Shown here: piece by piece, positions 32,827 to 43,575 of the stretch
Layout of the letters: each line of letters begins with the position of its first letter
Position numbering within the stretch: the stretch's first letter is position 1
Notes under the pieces: generated by a model
Databases searched by the model: none
What the model saw: only the letters and a program-made list of their open reading frames with translations
Told to the model about the DNA's origin: nothing
Source: an uncultured Nitrososphaerales archaeon
Lineage (GTDB): Archaea > Thermoproteota > Nitrososphaeria > Nitrososphaerales > Nitrososphaeraceae
Assembly: GCA_963695855.1 (NCBI GenBank)
Contig: CAVOHZ010000010.1
Span: 832,001-896,000 of the forward strand
DNA: 64,000 bases
Reading direction: 5' to 3'
Program-made: the position numbers and the translations under genes

Positions 32827-33450
32827 TACAGAAAACAGATTAAATTTTACTATCAGTAGATATGGTGTTGTCCTTTATATCCTAGCACTCGAAGAATCCA
32901 CAGCAGAAAGGGCTTCAATAAGTTAGCAAAAGTAACTTAAAAATTCAGATATCTCAATATACATATTACGAACTATTCCTAATTCACAATCAATTAACAG
33001 CATTCAGTAATCAGCATAAATTCTTCCTTTTGAAATAACATATATTGATAAATGCGAAAATAAAAGAAATTGAGTTTAGAATGGATAAGAAAATAAAAGA
33101 AATTAGGACAATAAAGAAAGAAGATAGTAAGGAAGAGTTACCTTTGTCAGCGAGAATATTCTAAATAATATGGAAAATCAATCTGTAAACAATGAAAAAT
33201 AGTCCATAAATAAATTTGATGAGATAATAGAAAAAAGATTAATTTAAAGAAACCCAGACACAAAGCAAGAAAAGTTTTAGGTAAAAGTATGCAAGATCAT
33301 TCAACAATCTATGAATGATATAATAACCTAAAATTTAAAAAGTGAAATTCTGAGATAACTAAAGTAACATATAGATTCAAATATAATATAACAATATTGT
33401 TCACATTGTTATTTATGTGACTCATATTTATTCAATTTATCGACGCAATT

Positions 33451-36087
33451 TTAAAAAAATATCTTAATTGTTAGAATTTTGAATGCATCAATTTCTATAT
33501 TCATTTCATTATTTTCTATATTCTTTATTTCTTCAATTTTATTTTCCATTAAATCAACTATTTCCGCCGCTTTCACATTTAAAGCTAATTTGATCTTTAC
33601 ACTAGTTTTCTTACCTTCTGCTTCATATATCCTCAAAATTATTGTTTTTCTATCATCACCTAACTTTATAGTACTTAAAATTACATTTTCTTTGTCGATA
33701 TTCAGAAAAGATTCTCTATTTCCTAAACTACCACTTTCTAAATTTTTATCTCCGCTGGAATGACCATTTACGTTGTTGTTATTTCTTTTTATCTGCAGTG
33801 GAATTAAAGGCATGTTGATCTCCATCCCGTGCTTATAGATATCATCATCTTGCCAATCATTTTCGTGTGGGAGTATAGAATATCTGAAAGTATACGGTTT
33901 ACTTTCTGCGGCATCCGGTGTCGGAATACATGGTCCCATTATTCCATCAGATGATAATAGAATTATACTTCTAAGTAATGTTAAGTATATTGTATTATCT
34001 CTGACCTCATGAGAGGGTAGTCCTTGATGTAGCAAGCTAACTCCAATTTTTTCATTTGAGTCATTTTTTTCAGAAATATAATCAACCCATTCAAATGATG
34101 GAAAAACTCCAGATGGTTTTTCAAACCAATGGGGTTCATGTCTTTTATAATATAAGTTAGTATCTCTTTGTATAGCCCCAAATTGTGTCCCGCACCAGTA
34201 GTTTGAGGATTTAATATTGGTATCAAATTTAACCCTCAATCTAGAATGAGGATGTTTATTAAAAATATGGGTTATAAAATCTATTCTATTTAAATTCTTG
34301 TAAATTATAATTTCTTTTTCTATATCAACGAAATCATGTCTAAATAGCACGGGTTTAAATTTCTCGGTAAATCTATATGGCCATCTTAAAGCATAATATT
34401 TACTCTTAAATTTTATATGTGTCTTTAATTTGCCATTTATTACTTCGTATTTTTCGGGGTTGAATATTCCGTATTTTACTCCATCTCCAGATTCAGACTT
34501 TAGCAGTCCCAAATTTTCTCTATGATAGTACAAATCTCCAATTTCTTCATCTAAACATATTTCATTTCCCATCAAATAAGGTATTTTTTCGTTATTCTTG
34601 TTAATTTTTGAGACCGTGATTATAGCATTCTCTCTATTGATTTCAATATCATACTCTTTATTTTTAAAATTCGTATCATGAGTAACTATGGTTTCCAAAT
34701 TGATGTTATCTGACCTAACAAGTTGTAGGGTTTTATATCCAAGTGAGGGGATCGAAATTAGAAATCCTATCTTTATTTTCTTTATAGAGTTATCTGGATA
34801 GAGAGAATAATCTACAATTTCTATTTCTATGCTCTGATCCTCATCTTTTAGTCCGGAAATCCCAATGACTTCTTGTTGATCGAATTCCAGGGATAGTTCT
34901 GTCCAGTTAGTCACTTCCCATGATAGAGGATTAAAAATAAAAATATCCTTATTATTGTCTGTTTTTAAAGATAATTTTTTCAGATACTCTTGTATTGATT
35001 TGCCAATACTTTTCTTTGCATTATCAAATATTTCTCCTATTTCTTTGTATACTTCATCTACGCCTGTTCCTGGCAAAATATCATGCATGGCAACAAATAG
35101 CATTTCTTTCCAGTGTCTTGAAAGTAAATCTGAAATATTATCATCATGAATATTTACCATCCAAGAAATCGCATCAAGTCTCTCTAGTAATAATATACTG
35201 TTTTCAAATTCTTTTGCGCCTTGTTTTATCCACATACGAGTTGATGTACATTCAGGATATACTGCCGAAAATTTTCCTGAATACATCTCTCCTTTTCTGA
35301 TCATAAATTTGACATTTTGTTTTTCCAACTCCCTAAAAAATCGAAGAGGGGTAGAAATAGTCATTCTATGTCGTTTTGTATACTTTCCGTCCCTATCAAT
35401 TGATTTTTTATTCCAATCTTCGATCGCATCGATTAACTCTGGTTGTGGTGGCGTTGAACCACTTCCAGAAAGCATCAAGATTTGATTTGTTGCAGAATGT
35501 TTTTTTAATTTCTTGTATGATTTGTCTAAATCTGTTAAAAACAATCCCGCCCTATAACCTAATGGCATCCAATGAGTCAAGATCTGTGTTCCATCAAGAC
35601 CTTGCCAAAAAAATTCAGAGGGCGTTGAATTATTTATGCCCCTTCTGAATAGAAAATATTTGTATCCTGCACTTTTTAAAATCTGCGGCCACTGTGCATT
35701 AAATCCAAATTCATCAGCACCATAGGCAACTAGAACCTCCTGATTTAATTTATCCTTTACAAATTTTTTACCTTCAATTATCTCTCTTATTAGTACTTCT
35801 CCATTTGGAACCATTGTATCTGCTAGTAAATACTGACCGCCAGCGATTTCCATTTTATTTTCCCTTATTAGATCACTTATTTCTGAGAAAAGATTAGGAT
35901 AATCTTTTTCTACTTTTTCCAAAAGAAATGTTTGTTCAACGATAAATTTGTAATCTGATTTTTTGATGAGATTTATGGCTTGTTTTAAAATAACCTCAAT
36001 ATTGACAAAATAATAGTCTTGTTTATTTAATATCCATACTGCATCATAATGCATATGAGGAACTACATGAATAGTGGGATCACTCAT
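33451..36087 (-). CDS. GH38 alpha-mannosidase
   Basis: PHMHYDAVW, ADEFG nucleophile, HDILPG and LTLLRS motifs; start at ATG 36087 overlapping the mpgP stop (ATGA). Confidence 0.9.
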   Translation of the reverse strand: MSDPTIHVVPHMHYDAVWILNKQDYYFVNIEVILKQAINLIKKSDYKFIVEQTFLLEKVEKDYPNLFSEISDLIRENKMEIAGGQYLLADTMVPNGEVLIREIIEGKKFVKDKLNQEVLVAYGADEFGFNAQWPQILKSAGYKYFLFRRGINNSTPSEFFWQGLDGTQILTHWMPLGYRAGLFLTDLDKSYKKLKKHSATNQILMLSGSGSTPPQPELIDAIEDWNKKSIDRDGKYTKRHRMTISTPLRFFRELEKQNVKFMIRKGEMYSGKFSAVYPECTSTRMWIKQGAKEFENSILLLERLDAISWMVNIHDDNISDLLSRHWKEMLFVAMHDILPGTGVDEVYKEIGEIFDNAKKSIGKSIQEYLKKLSLKTDNNKDIFIFNPLSWEVTNWTELSLEFDQQEVIGISGLKDEDQSIEIEIVDYSLYPDNSIKKIKIGFLISIPSLGYKTLQLVRSDNINLETIVTHDTNFKNKEYDIEINRENAIITVSKINKNNEKIPYLMGNEICLDEEIGDLYYHRENLGLLKSESGDGVKYGIFNPEKYEVINGKLKTHIKFKSKYYALRWPYRFTEKFKPVLFRHDFVDIEKEIIIYKNLNRIDFITHIFNKHPHSRLRVKFDTNIKSSNYWCGTQFGAIQRDTNLYYKRHEPHWFEKPSGVFPSFEWVDYISEKNDSNEKIGVSLLHQGLPSHEVRDNTIYLTLLRSIILLSSDGIMGPCIPTPDAAESKPYTFRYSILPHENDWQDDDIYKHGMEINMPLIPLQIKRNNNNVNGHSSGDKNLESGSLGNRESFLNIDKENVILSTIKLGDDRKTIILRIYEAEGKKTSVKIKLALNVKAAEIVDLMENKIEEIKNIENNEMNIEIDAFKILTIKIFF

Positions 36088-36947
36088 TTTGTCCGGTTCC
36101 TCTGTAATATATGATCCAATACCACTTCCTTCCAACCATCTTGAGCTATACCCTTAACTCTAGTTAGATTGTTAATTTCCATTGGTGTATATTGATTGAA
36201 AATATTCCTTACTAGGAAAGCTTGATCGACATTTTCAAACATGGTAATATCGTTGATAGCGTCTCCTATAGCTATAACTTGAATCTTTTGATTTTTATAT
36301 TTTTTATAAAAAAGATTTTTCAGAATAGAAACTGCAGATCCCTTGTCGTGTCGCGCCGAGACTGTGATATATCTGGTACCTTGAACCATGATAAGGTTTC
36401 TTTCAATTAGGGCCCTCTCCAACTCTACACGATTGACAAATTCTATCTCTAGTATGGTTTCACTATATTCCCTTGATGCCATCAATGTTGCACCCTCCAC
36501 TGATATTCCAACTTTATTAGCTAATTGGGTAATTGAAAAATCAGAAACACAATTGAATCTAATATGAAACTTATTCCGTATATCGTTAAGGATTGTTATT
36601 ATTTGCTCATAGGATTTTCCCAATTCTAAAGTCATATTTCCATCGGTCTCTTTGGTTTCCAAACCAAATTCTTCAAGATTAAACGGAAAATAGTTTTTTG
36701 GAACAATAATGGCACCTCCATTTTCTACAATATAGGGATCAACAATATCTAGGTCATTTCTTATTTTGTCTTGTTCTTTTCTAGTTTTAGTTGAACATAA
36801 TACTAGAGGAATTTGATTCTCTGAAAGAATCTTGATAACTTTTTTAATGTCTCCATAGCCGTTTGAATGAATCATTTCTCTATTTCTTGCTATATATGAT
36901 TGTATGAGGGTATTGTCAATATCAGAAAAAATTAAAAACCGTGACAT
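36084..36947 (-). CDS. mpgP: Mannosyl-3-phosphoglycerate phosphatase (HAD IIB)
   Basis: DIDNT, CSTKTR.E, PYIVENG, REYSE, DKG and GDAIND motifs. Confidence 0.8.
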   Translation of the reverse strand: MSRFLIFSDIDNTLIQSYIARNREMIHSNGYGDIKKVIKILSENQIPLVLCSTKTRKEQDKIRNDLDIVDPYIVENGGAIIVPKNYFPFNLEEFGLETKETDGNMTLELGKSYEQIITILNDIRNKFHIRFNCVSDFSITQLANKVGISVEGATLMASREYSETILEIEFVNRVELERALIERNLIMVQGTRYITVSARHDKGSAVSILKNLFYKKYKNQKIQVIAIGDAINDITMFENVDQAFLVRNIFNQYTPMEINNLTRVKGIAQDGWKEVVLDHILQRNRTK

Positions 36948-37017
36948 CTTTTTACTCTTTCTTTAAAATGGATGACTTTATACTTTAACGTAAGAACTTA
37001 CATAAGAATTTTCTATA

Positions 37018-37584
37018 TCAAGGGAAAATTTGTCTGCCTGTTAATTTATCAATAATTTTTATTGCTTTTGTAGGACAAGTCTGGGCTGCATCTAATATGT
37101 TTTCAAAATCATCTCCAGATTCAGATATCACTACTGCTTTAGGATTGATCATCTTATTCTTTTCAACAATGAACACATGAGGAGCTAGAATCTCACAACT
37201 GCCAAATGCCATACACAAAGAAGGTTCTATTATTATATTAAATCTTGACTTTTTCTTTATTGGACCATATTTTTTGGAATTGTCATTAGGTTCATTATCT
37301 AAAACTGTTTTTTCATTTTCTAGATTGGTACCTAAATTAAAATCATCAACAATATCACTATTTTCTATTTCAAGACATAATTTATCATAATAACCCCTCT
37401 TATGATTGTCAGATAAAACTTCAAAGGCGATATTGATTTTTTTTATCATTTCCAAATCGTACTCTTTTCCAGAGTTCTTATCTGGATGATATTTTTTGAC
37501 TAACTGTCGATAAGTTTTTTTTATTTCAATGCTATCTGAATCCATAGTTAATCCAAGAATACTATAATATCCGTAAATATCCAA
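37018..37584 (-). CDS. DnaJ-ferredoxin fusion protein
   Basis: J-domain with HPD; C-terminal CMAFGSC...AAQTCP ferredoxin. Confidence 0.9.
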   Translation of the reverse strand: MDIYGYYSILGLTMDSDSIEIKKTYRQLVKKYHPDKNSGKEYDLEMIKKINIAFEVLSDNHKRGYYDKLCLEIENSDIVDDFNLGTNLENEKTVLDNEPNDNSKKYGPIKKKSRFNIIIEPSLCMAFGSCEILAPHVFIVEKNKMINPKAVVISESGDDFENILDAAQTCPTKAIKIIDKLTGRQIFP

Positions 37585-37929
37585 CTATCAATTATGTATC
37601 TCCTTCTTATTTAATTTCTATGAAACAGTTATTGCAATTTTAAGTAGATTTAAAGCGATTTCATGGAAACGAAACGTTAACTTCAGCTGCTTTAGAAGTC
37701 TGTATATTATTCGAATTTCTTTAACAATACTCAATCGATCTACAAAAAAATCACCACTATTGACGATAATTGTTTTTTTTTTGTTTATATCCAGTACAGA
37801 TCCTATAAACTTAAATTAGAACTCCATATCTCAAGATGAATTCAAATCTATCAGATTGATATTGTAAATTATAATTGTTTATTCTGTTTGATTAATTTTG
37901 ATCGTCATTTAAAAAGATGTTTTTCTGCG

Positions 37930-38898
37930 TTAACTAGTATTGTAAATTAACTCTGAACTAATTTTGAGCATTTCAGTGTTTTCTAAAAAATTACAATTTT
38001 CTAGTCCGAGTTTCTTGGCCAATCCAATTATAAACAGCTGTACAATGAAAGTTGCCATCAGTAATATTTTGATATCTTCATTATCAGGAATTTCAATCAT
38101 GAATGTTTCTATCATCCTTTTTTTCAGTGATCTTTCTAATTTCTTTTCTTTTTGATAAAGACTATGCCTTTTGGAGGAAAGAATGATAATAGAATCATCT
38201 TCTGTAATCTGAAACAAGGGTGCATGACAGAAATTCTCAAGGGAATAGGCAAAAGACTTCCATCCCAGAACTTCATTAACCTTTAAAGATCCATACATGG
38301 CTATAGGATACAAAATAGAATTTCCAAGAAAAATTATAGAATTATTTTCATGTGAAGTAGATGAACACTTAGTTTTAGATACCAAAATTTTTGCTTTTCT
38401 TTTGGATTTTTCATACATTTCTTTTATATTATTGATATTATACGATGCTTCCAATAGATAAACACAAGTTACCATGCTGATAATAAAACTTAAAGTTCCC
38501 GAAGTAGGAGTATCTAAATTTTTATAGTTTAGATTTATTACTCGATTGCAATTCCTAGCCAATTGGCTGTCCGGATTACATGTTATTGCTATAGTTTGCT
38601 TACAGTATTTTTTTATCTTTTGTGCAACAAGTATATTCTGTTTAGTTTTACCAGAAATGGAAATTATATAAACAATTTTATCTTTACTTATCGAAGGATT
38701 GATTATTAAGTCAGCTGGATCAATACATAGGGAATCAAAATTTGTGAGATAACTAAATATCAATCCTGCAACATACGAATCTCCAGAGCCAACGATTATA
38801 CATTTATTGAAATTATTAATTTTAGGTGGTTTTTTAATTTTAGAAATTTCCGAAACCTGAAGGCTAATTTCTTTTTCCATTTTTTCCAATGATTTCAT
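37930..38898 (-). CDS. Double SIS-domain sugar-phosphate isomerase-like protein
   Basis: VGSGDSY, SISGKT, LKVNE and ENFCHAP motifs. Confidence 0.8.
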   Translation of the reverse strand: MKSLEKMEKEISLQVSEISKIKKPPKINNFNKCIIVGSGDSYVAGLIFSYLTNFDSLCIDPADLIINPSISKDKIVYIISISGKTKQNILVAQKIKKYCKQTIAITCNPDSQLARNCNRVINLNYKNLDTPTSGTLSFIISMVTCVYLLEASYNINNIKEMYEKSKRKAKILVSKTKCSSTSHENNSIIFLGNSILYPIAMYGSLKVNEVLGWKSFAYSLENFCHAPLFQITEDDSIIILSSKRHSLYQKEKKLERSLKKRMIETFMIEIPDNEDIKILLMATFIVQLFIIGLAKKLGLENCNFLENTEMLKISSELIYNTS

Positions 38899-39425
38899 TT
38901 TAATATCTTTCCTTTTAATTATTTAAAAAATTTATTTATTCTTTTATTTTCCTAGAAAACAATATTTTTAGATTTAGATGTAAAATAAGAATATTCTAGA
39001 TTTTAATTATATAATTTTTTTTGTATAAATCTTTTTTCTATACCGATATTCTATTTTAAATAATTAATGAGATACGATAGATGAATACAGGAGCATATAC
39101 AAGAACCTGAGATTGCATTTAATAGAACCTAAACTAATAAAATCCTTCAAAAAAGAAATCTCATACAACTTTTTTGGATTTTCTCTCATCTTTATAAGAG
39201 ATGGCGTGATAAGCATCGTAAATCATCACTTTTTAAATGGAGTTTCATTTTTAGTCTGTTTAACATATTTAATCTAAAACAGAAAAAATACAAATATCTA
39301 CCATAATACCGATTCCTTTTAAAGAAAGTATCGAATATTTTCGGTTTTTCTTTAAATACTTATTACAAAATCCGTAAGCTTAGAATATATGATAATATAT
39401 CCAAAATGTGAGGTAGCATTAAATA

Positions 39426-40181
39426 TTGAAATTACAAGATAAGGTTGCAATAGTTACAGGAGCAAGTGGAACTGTTGGTAGAGATATTACTAAAAAACTC
39501 GTATCAGAAGGTTGTAAGGTTGTTCTTGTAGGCAAAAATAGCAAAAAATTAAACAACTTAGTAGAGGAAATAGGAAAAAAGGATGATCTTTTACCTCTGC
39601 CTTCAGATATTAGCAAAGAGGGAGATGTACTAAATATCATTGAACAAACCATCAATAACTTCAATACCATAGATATTTTGATTAACAATGCAGGAATAAT
39701 AAATGATCCCACTCCTTTCCACAAAACTGATCAAGATCTGTGGATGAATTTGATCGAAGTTAATCTAATAGGAACTTTGCATATGACAAAATTCGCATTG
39801 CCTATAATGATGGAAAATAAATCCGGCAACATCGTAAACATTTCCTCAACGTTAGGAACTAAGGCCATTTCCGGAGTTCCCCTTTCAATCTATGGCCTTA
39901 CAAAAGGTGGATTGATATCATTTACAAAACATGTAGCTGTAGAGTATGGGGAATACGGAATCCGGTGTAATTGTATTGTTCCCTCTTCCATAAGATCGCC
40001 ATTTTTAGAACCATACATGAGTGATGAAAACGCCAGAAAAACTCTAGTATCATCATTTCCCTTGGGGACAATTGGAGACCCCTCTGATATCTCTAATGCA
40101 GTCATATATCTGTGTTCAAATGATTCAAAATGGGTTACAGGTGCAGAACTAGATATAGATGGCGGGATGACTGCAAAGTAG
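39426..40181 (+). CDS. Short-chain dehydrogenase/reductase
   Basis: TGASGTVG, NNAG and YGLTK motifs. Confidence 0.9.
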   Translation: MKLQDKVAIVTGASGTVGRDITKKLVSEGCKVVLVGKNSKKLNNLVEEIGKKDDLLPLPSDISKEGDVLNIIEQTINNFNTIDILINNAGIINDPTPFHKTDQDLWMNLIEVNLIGTLHMTKFALPIMMENKSGNIVNISSTLGTKAISGVPLSIYGLTKGGLISFTKHVAVEYGEYGIRCNCIVPSSIRSPFLEPYMSDENARKTLVSSFPLGTIGDPSDISNAVIYLCSNDSKWVTGAELDIDGGMTAK

Positions 40182-40257
40182 GTATTGATGATATTCTCTG
40201 TAATCGCAGAGAATTATTCAGACCTATATTTTTATAATATTATTTTTATACATATTT

Positions 40258-40602
40258 ATGAAAAAGTTAGAAATAATAATACCACATGAACGTTTAAACG
40301 AAGCAGATTCCATTCTCGAAAAGTTTAATGTTGGAGGAATGTCCTTTCTTCATGTCAATGGACGAGGTAAGACCAAGTGGAGTCCTATTCCTGTTGGTAG
40401 AGGAGTGATGGTGTATACTCCAAAATTTGGAACTCGCACTAAAATTGAAGTACTAGTAAAAGATGAAATAGCTAAACCTTTGGTTGATGCATTAATAGAA
40501 AATCTCAGTACAGGGTCTGTGTCTGATGGAAAAATATTCGTCTATGATGTTCATGACGCTTATGACATAGGAAACAGACAACAATCGGATTTGGCAATTT
40601 AG
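40258..40602 (+). CDS. P-II family nitrogen regulatory protein (divergent)
   Basis: MKKLEIII, GRG and TG..SDGKIF motifs. Confidence 0.85.
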   Translation: MKKLEIIIPHERLNEADSILEKFNVGGMSFLHVNGRGKTKWSPIPVGRGVMVYTPKFGTRTKIEVLVKDEIAKPLVDALIENLSTGSVSDGKIFVYDVHDAYDIGNRQQSDLAI

Positions 40603-40944
40603 CCTTATTCTAATTGTTATATTCTTTCACTTAAAACTAATAATAGATCCGAAAGATGAGCCGACACGTCTTCTTTTACCTTGTCATTCTATCTTTCAAT
40701 GATTGATTGATTAAATTTGTTCAATTTTTAATAAAATACATTACCAGTTTCATTACTTACCTATTTCCTATTACTGACTTGAGTGCTGTGAATCTGTAGA
40801 CAAGCATATATACATACCATAGCCTTCTACATGGTACATTCGTGGTTGCTCCTCCAATAGACGGCTATGGCTCTTATTCTTCTTATTTTACTATTAAATT
40901 TGGCAGACAGAAGTTATCTCCAATAGTATAACATATGACAAAAT

Positions 40945-40976
40945 TAACTTTATTATATTATAACTTTATTATATTA
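40945..40976. repeat. 16-bp tandem duplication covering the likely TATA box of the CHRD gene
   Basis: TAACTTTATTATATTA x2. Confidence 0.75.
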
Positions 40977-40996
40977 CATGTTTATATTACTATTTA

Positions 40997-41515
40997 ATGA
41001 GAAAACTTTTCTTTTTTACAATAACCGCTCTACTCATGACAACAGCATCCGTAGTAGTGATAAACTCATACGATATAAAATTTAATATATTGAATGCATA
41101 TGCTACTGTGGAAGGATTTAGTGCTCAATTATCAGGTAATGAAGAAGTTCCTCCTGTTCAAACTGATGCAACTGGCTCTGCTGAATTTACAGCACCGCAT
41201 TTTGACAATATTCGTTATTCCCTAAATGTATCAAATATAGATAAAGTTACAATGGCTCATATACATAGTGGCAAACAAGGCGAAAATGGACCACCAGTGG
41301 TAACATTGTTTATGGCAGAAACTCCATCAACTGAGCCTATAAATGGCAATCTAGTAAGTGGCAATATTACTAATGCAAATCTTCAAGGTCCTATGGCTGG
41401 AAAAACAGTAATGGATTTAACGAAATCTATGGAATTAGGTGAGACATATGTTAATGTACATACGGAAGAAAATCCCAAGGGTGAAATTAGAGGACAAATT
41501 AAAGGTGGAGGATAA
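40997..41515 (+). CDS. Secreted CHRD-domain protein
   Basis: LSGNEEVPPV, AHIH and YVNVHT...GEIRGQI motifs. Confidence 0.9.
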   Translation: MRKLFFFTITALLMTTASVVVINSYDIKFNILNAYATVEGFSAQLSGNEEVPPVQTDATGSAEFTAPHFDNIRYSLNVSNIDKVTMAHIHSGKQGENGPPVVTLFMAETPSTEPINGNLVSGNITNANLQGPMAGKTVMDLTKSMELGETYVNVHTEENPKGEIRGQIKGGG

Positions 41516-42449
41516 ATTCCATACTTTTTTAACTTGTAGATAAAGACTGATCCAACAGTAACTGCACAAATTTCAATATTACTAAAATAAAAATAAAAAT
41601 TTTTATTAACTTTTAATAATTTTTTTAATAAATTTTTATTTCTTCTCTAGTTCTAGCACCACTATCAAATACAAACTAGTACAAAATACTGTTATTTATT
41701 AAATAAAAAATCTAACATTCACTTAAAACTCTATGAGAACAGTTTCAAAAGTGATAAATACTCTAACAATTGGGTTTTCACCACACATGCATATCGAATC
41801 ATAGCAAAACCTCACAGTTGTCATACTCACCTGCATTCTATCTATAAATCCATATCATATTGTTCGTTCAGGCTATGACAGCAATAATAATTTCTCTATT
41901 TAAGATTATTTAAAACTCTATAGAAAAATAGTTTCAAATAAATAAATATCTCATTGGAAAAGAGGAATATGAACATTAACCTCATAAGTTCATTACTCTA
42001 TCTAGCGAGTGATATAACTATGACTATTGATTCTGTAAATAAACAAAAGTGGTGAAGGAAGGGGTGAAGGCTGTGAAGGCATCTGATGAGGGAGAGGGGA
42101 TATTCAAAACACAGAATGAGAAATAACGAATAAAATCAATAATTCTGATTTCTAAGAATATAATTTAAAATATATGAAAAAGGAGGAGGGAGAGAATTCT
42201 ACTAACAAATGAGTAATAACACCGTCAAAGATCTACCCTGTCATTATGCATCAATAGCAATTGAAAAAGGGAAGGATCGCCAGACTGTTCTAAATTTGCT
42301 ACAAGAACTTTTTTTGACGAAGGTTAAGATTGAACTTTTCCTTTATGTGAAGAACATTATCAAAAAGTATCAAAACAAAGCAAAAAAGCAGTTAGTTAGT
42401 CATTTAGAATCCTAATATGATTAATAATTAATCAAATCAATTAATTAGT

Positions 42450-43499
42450 TGTTGTACTTACACAGATAGGTAACAGATTCACTTACCAACATGGGTAACA
42501 CTTTTTATCTGCTTATTTGTTTTGATATTCTTACAACTATTTAATCTTCCTTTCATAAGAAACATTTCAGATGGTGTGTGACCATTGATTCCACCATGTT
42601 CTCTTGTTTCATTGTATGCTTTGACAAACATGGAATATCTTCTCTTTCCTTCTTCTCTGTTGGAAATATTTTCTATTGCCAAAAATTCATTTTTGACTAT
42701 CTTGTTATATGCTTCAATTTTACCCTGTAGTTGTGGATATCTAGCAGGTATGGATTTATCTTTAATGTTGTTACGTTGTAGAAAACGTCTGAATATTTTG
42801 GATGTAAGCTGTTTACCATTATCATGCAGTACCTTGAGAGGTTTACCATTCTCTACTATGTAGTCTTCCAGTACCTGTAGTACATCTACACTTCGTTTTC
42901 TTTCAGACCAGTCACTTGTTACCTTTCTTGAACAGTCATCTTCACAACTGATAAAATAGTTCTTTTGAGTAGAATTCTCAAGGTAAAATGGTCCTAAAAT
43001 GTCCATCTGTACCATTTGATTGGGTTTTTCCATTGCAAATCTTTTGTATTTTCTATTTCTGATTTTGCATCTTAGTATGTTCAGTCCATGTCTTTTCAGT
43101 ATCTTGTAGATGGTTTTTGTACTGAAGGAGATATCATTCAGTCGTCTTAACCTGAACCTTATGCGATTGCAACCAAATCTTTTTGTTACACGTAAATCCA
43201 ATATTTCCTGTTCTATCTCATTTGTTACTTTTCCAGGTTGTATATTATATGGTTTCCTACTTTTATCCCGTAAACCGTCTATTCCATTCTCAAGGTACCT
43301 GTTCTTCCATTTGTAGTATGACTTTCTAGATGTATGATATCTATTACAGATATTAGTTACAGTATCTCCAGTCGACTCTTTCTCATGAATTAAATTAAAT
43401 TTTGTTTGTAATTCTATTTTTGTATACACTTCCTAGCAGATTAGGAAGTGTTACCTATCTCGGTAAATGAAATTGTAACCTATGTTGGTAAGTACAACA
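42450..43499 (-). mobile_element. IS481-family insertion sequence
   Basis: TGT...ACA ends (TGTTGTACTTAC / GTAAGTACAACA), repeated subterminal motifs, and a near-perfect 6-bp flank duplication ATTAGT/ATTAAT. Confidence 0.9.
42479..43429 (-). CDS. IS481 DDE transposase (intact)
   Basis: N-terminal HTH (YKWKNRY...GLRDKS); QMD, DDCSR, HDNG and GKIE catalytic motifs; YN..R.H. Confidence 0.9.
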   Translation of the reverse strand: MYTKIELQTKFNLIHEKESTGDTVTNICNRYHTSRKSYYKWKNRYLENGIDGLRDKSRKPYNIQPGKVTNEIEQEILDLRVTKRFGCNRIRFRLRRLNDISFSTKTIYKILKRHGLNILRCKIRNRKYKRFAMEKPNQMVQMDILGPFYLENSTQKNYFISCEDDCSRKVTSDWSERKRSVDVLQVLEDYIVENGKPLKVLHDNGKQLTSKIFRRFLQRNNIKDKSIPARYPQLQGKIEAYNKIVKNEFLAIENISNREEGKRRYSMFVKAYNETREHGGINGHTPSEMFLMKGRLNSCKNIKTNKQIKSVTHVGK

Positions 43500-43575
43500 A
43501 TTAATATATTATTCTATAGCGAGTGAATAATATTATTACTATGAAAAAGAAGTAAATTTTTTTATTTATTTATTA

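Noticed and set aside
32830-33450. Long AT-rich gap as an origin of replication or ncRNA
   Set aside because: No ORB-like repeats, no cdc6 neighbour and no convincing structure
37018-37584. DnaJ-ferredoxin fusion as a novelty
   Set aside because: Already described in Thaumarchaeota and plants
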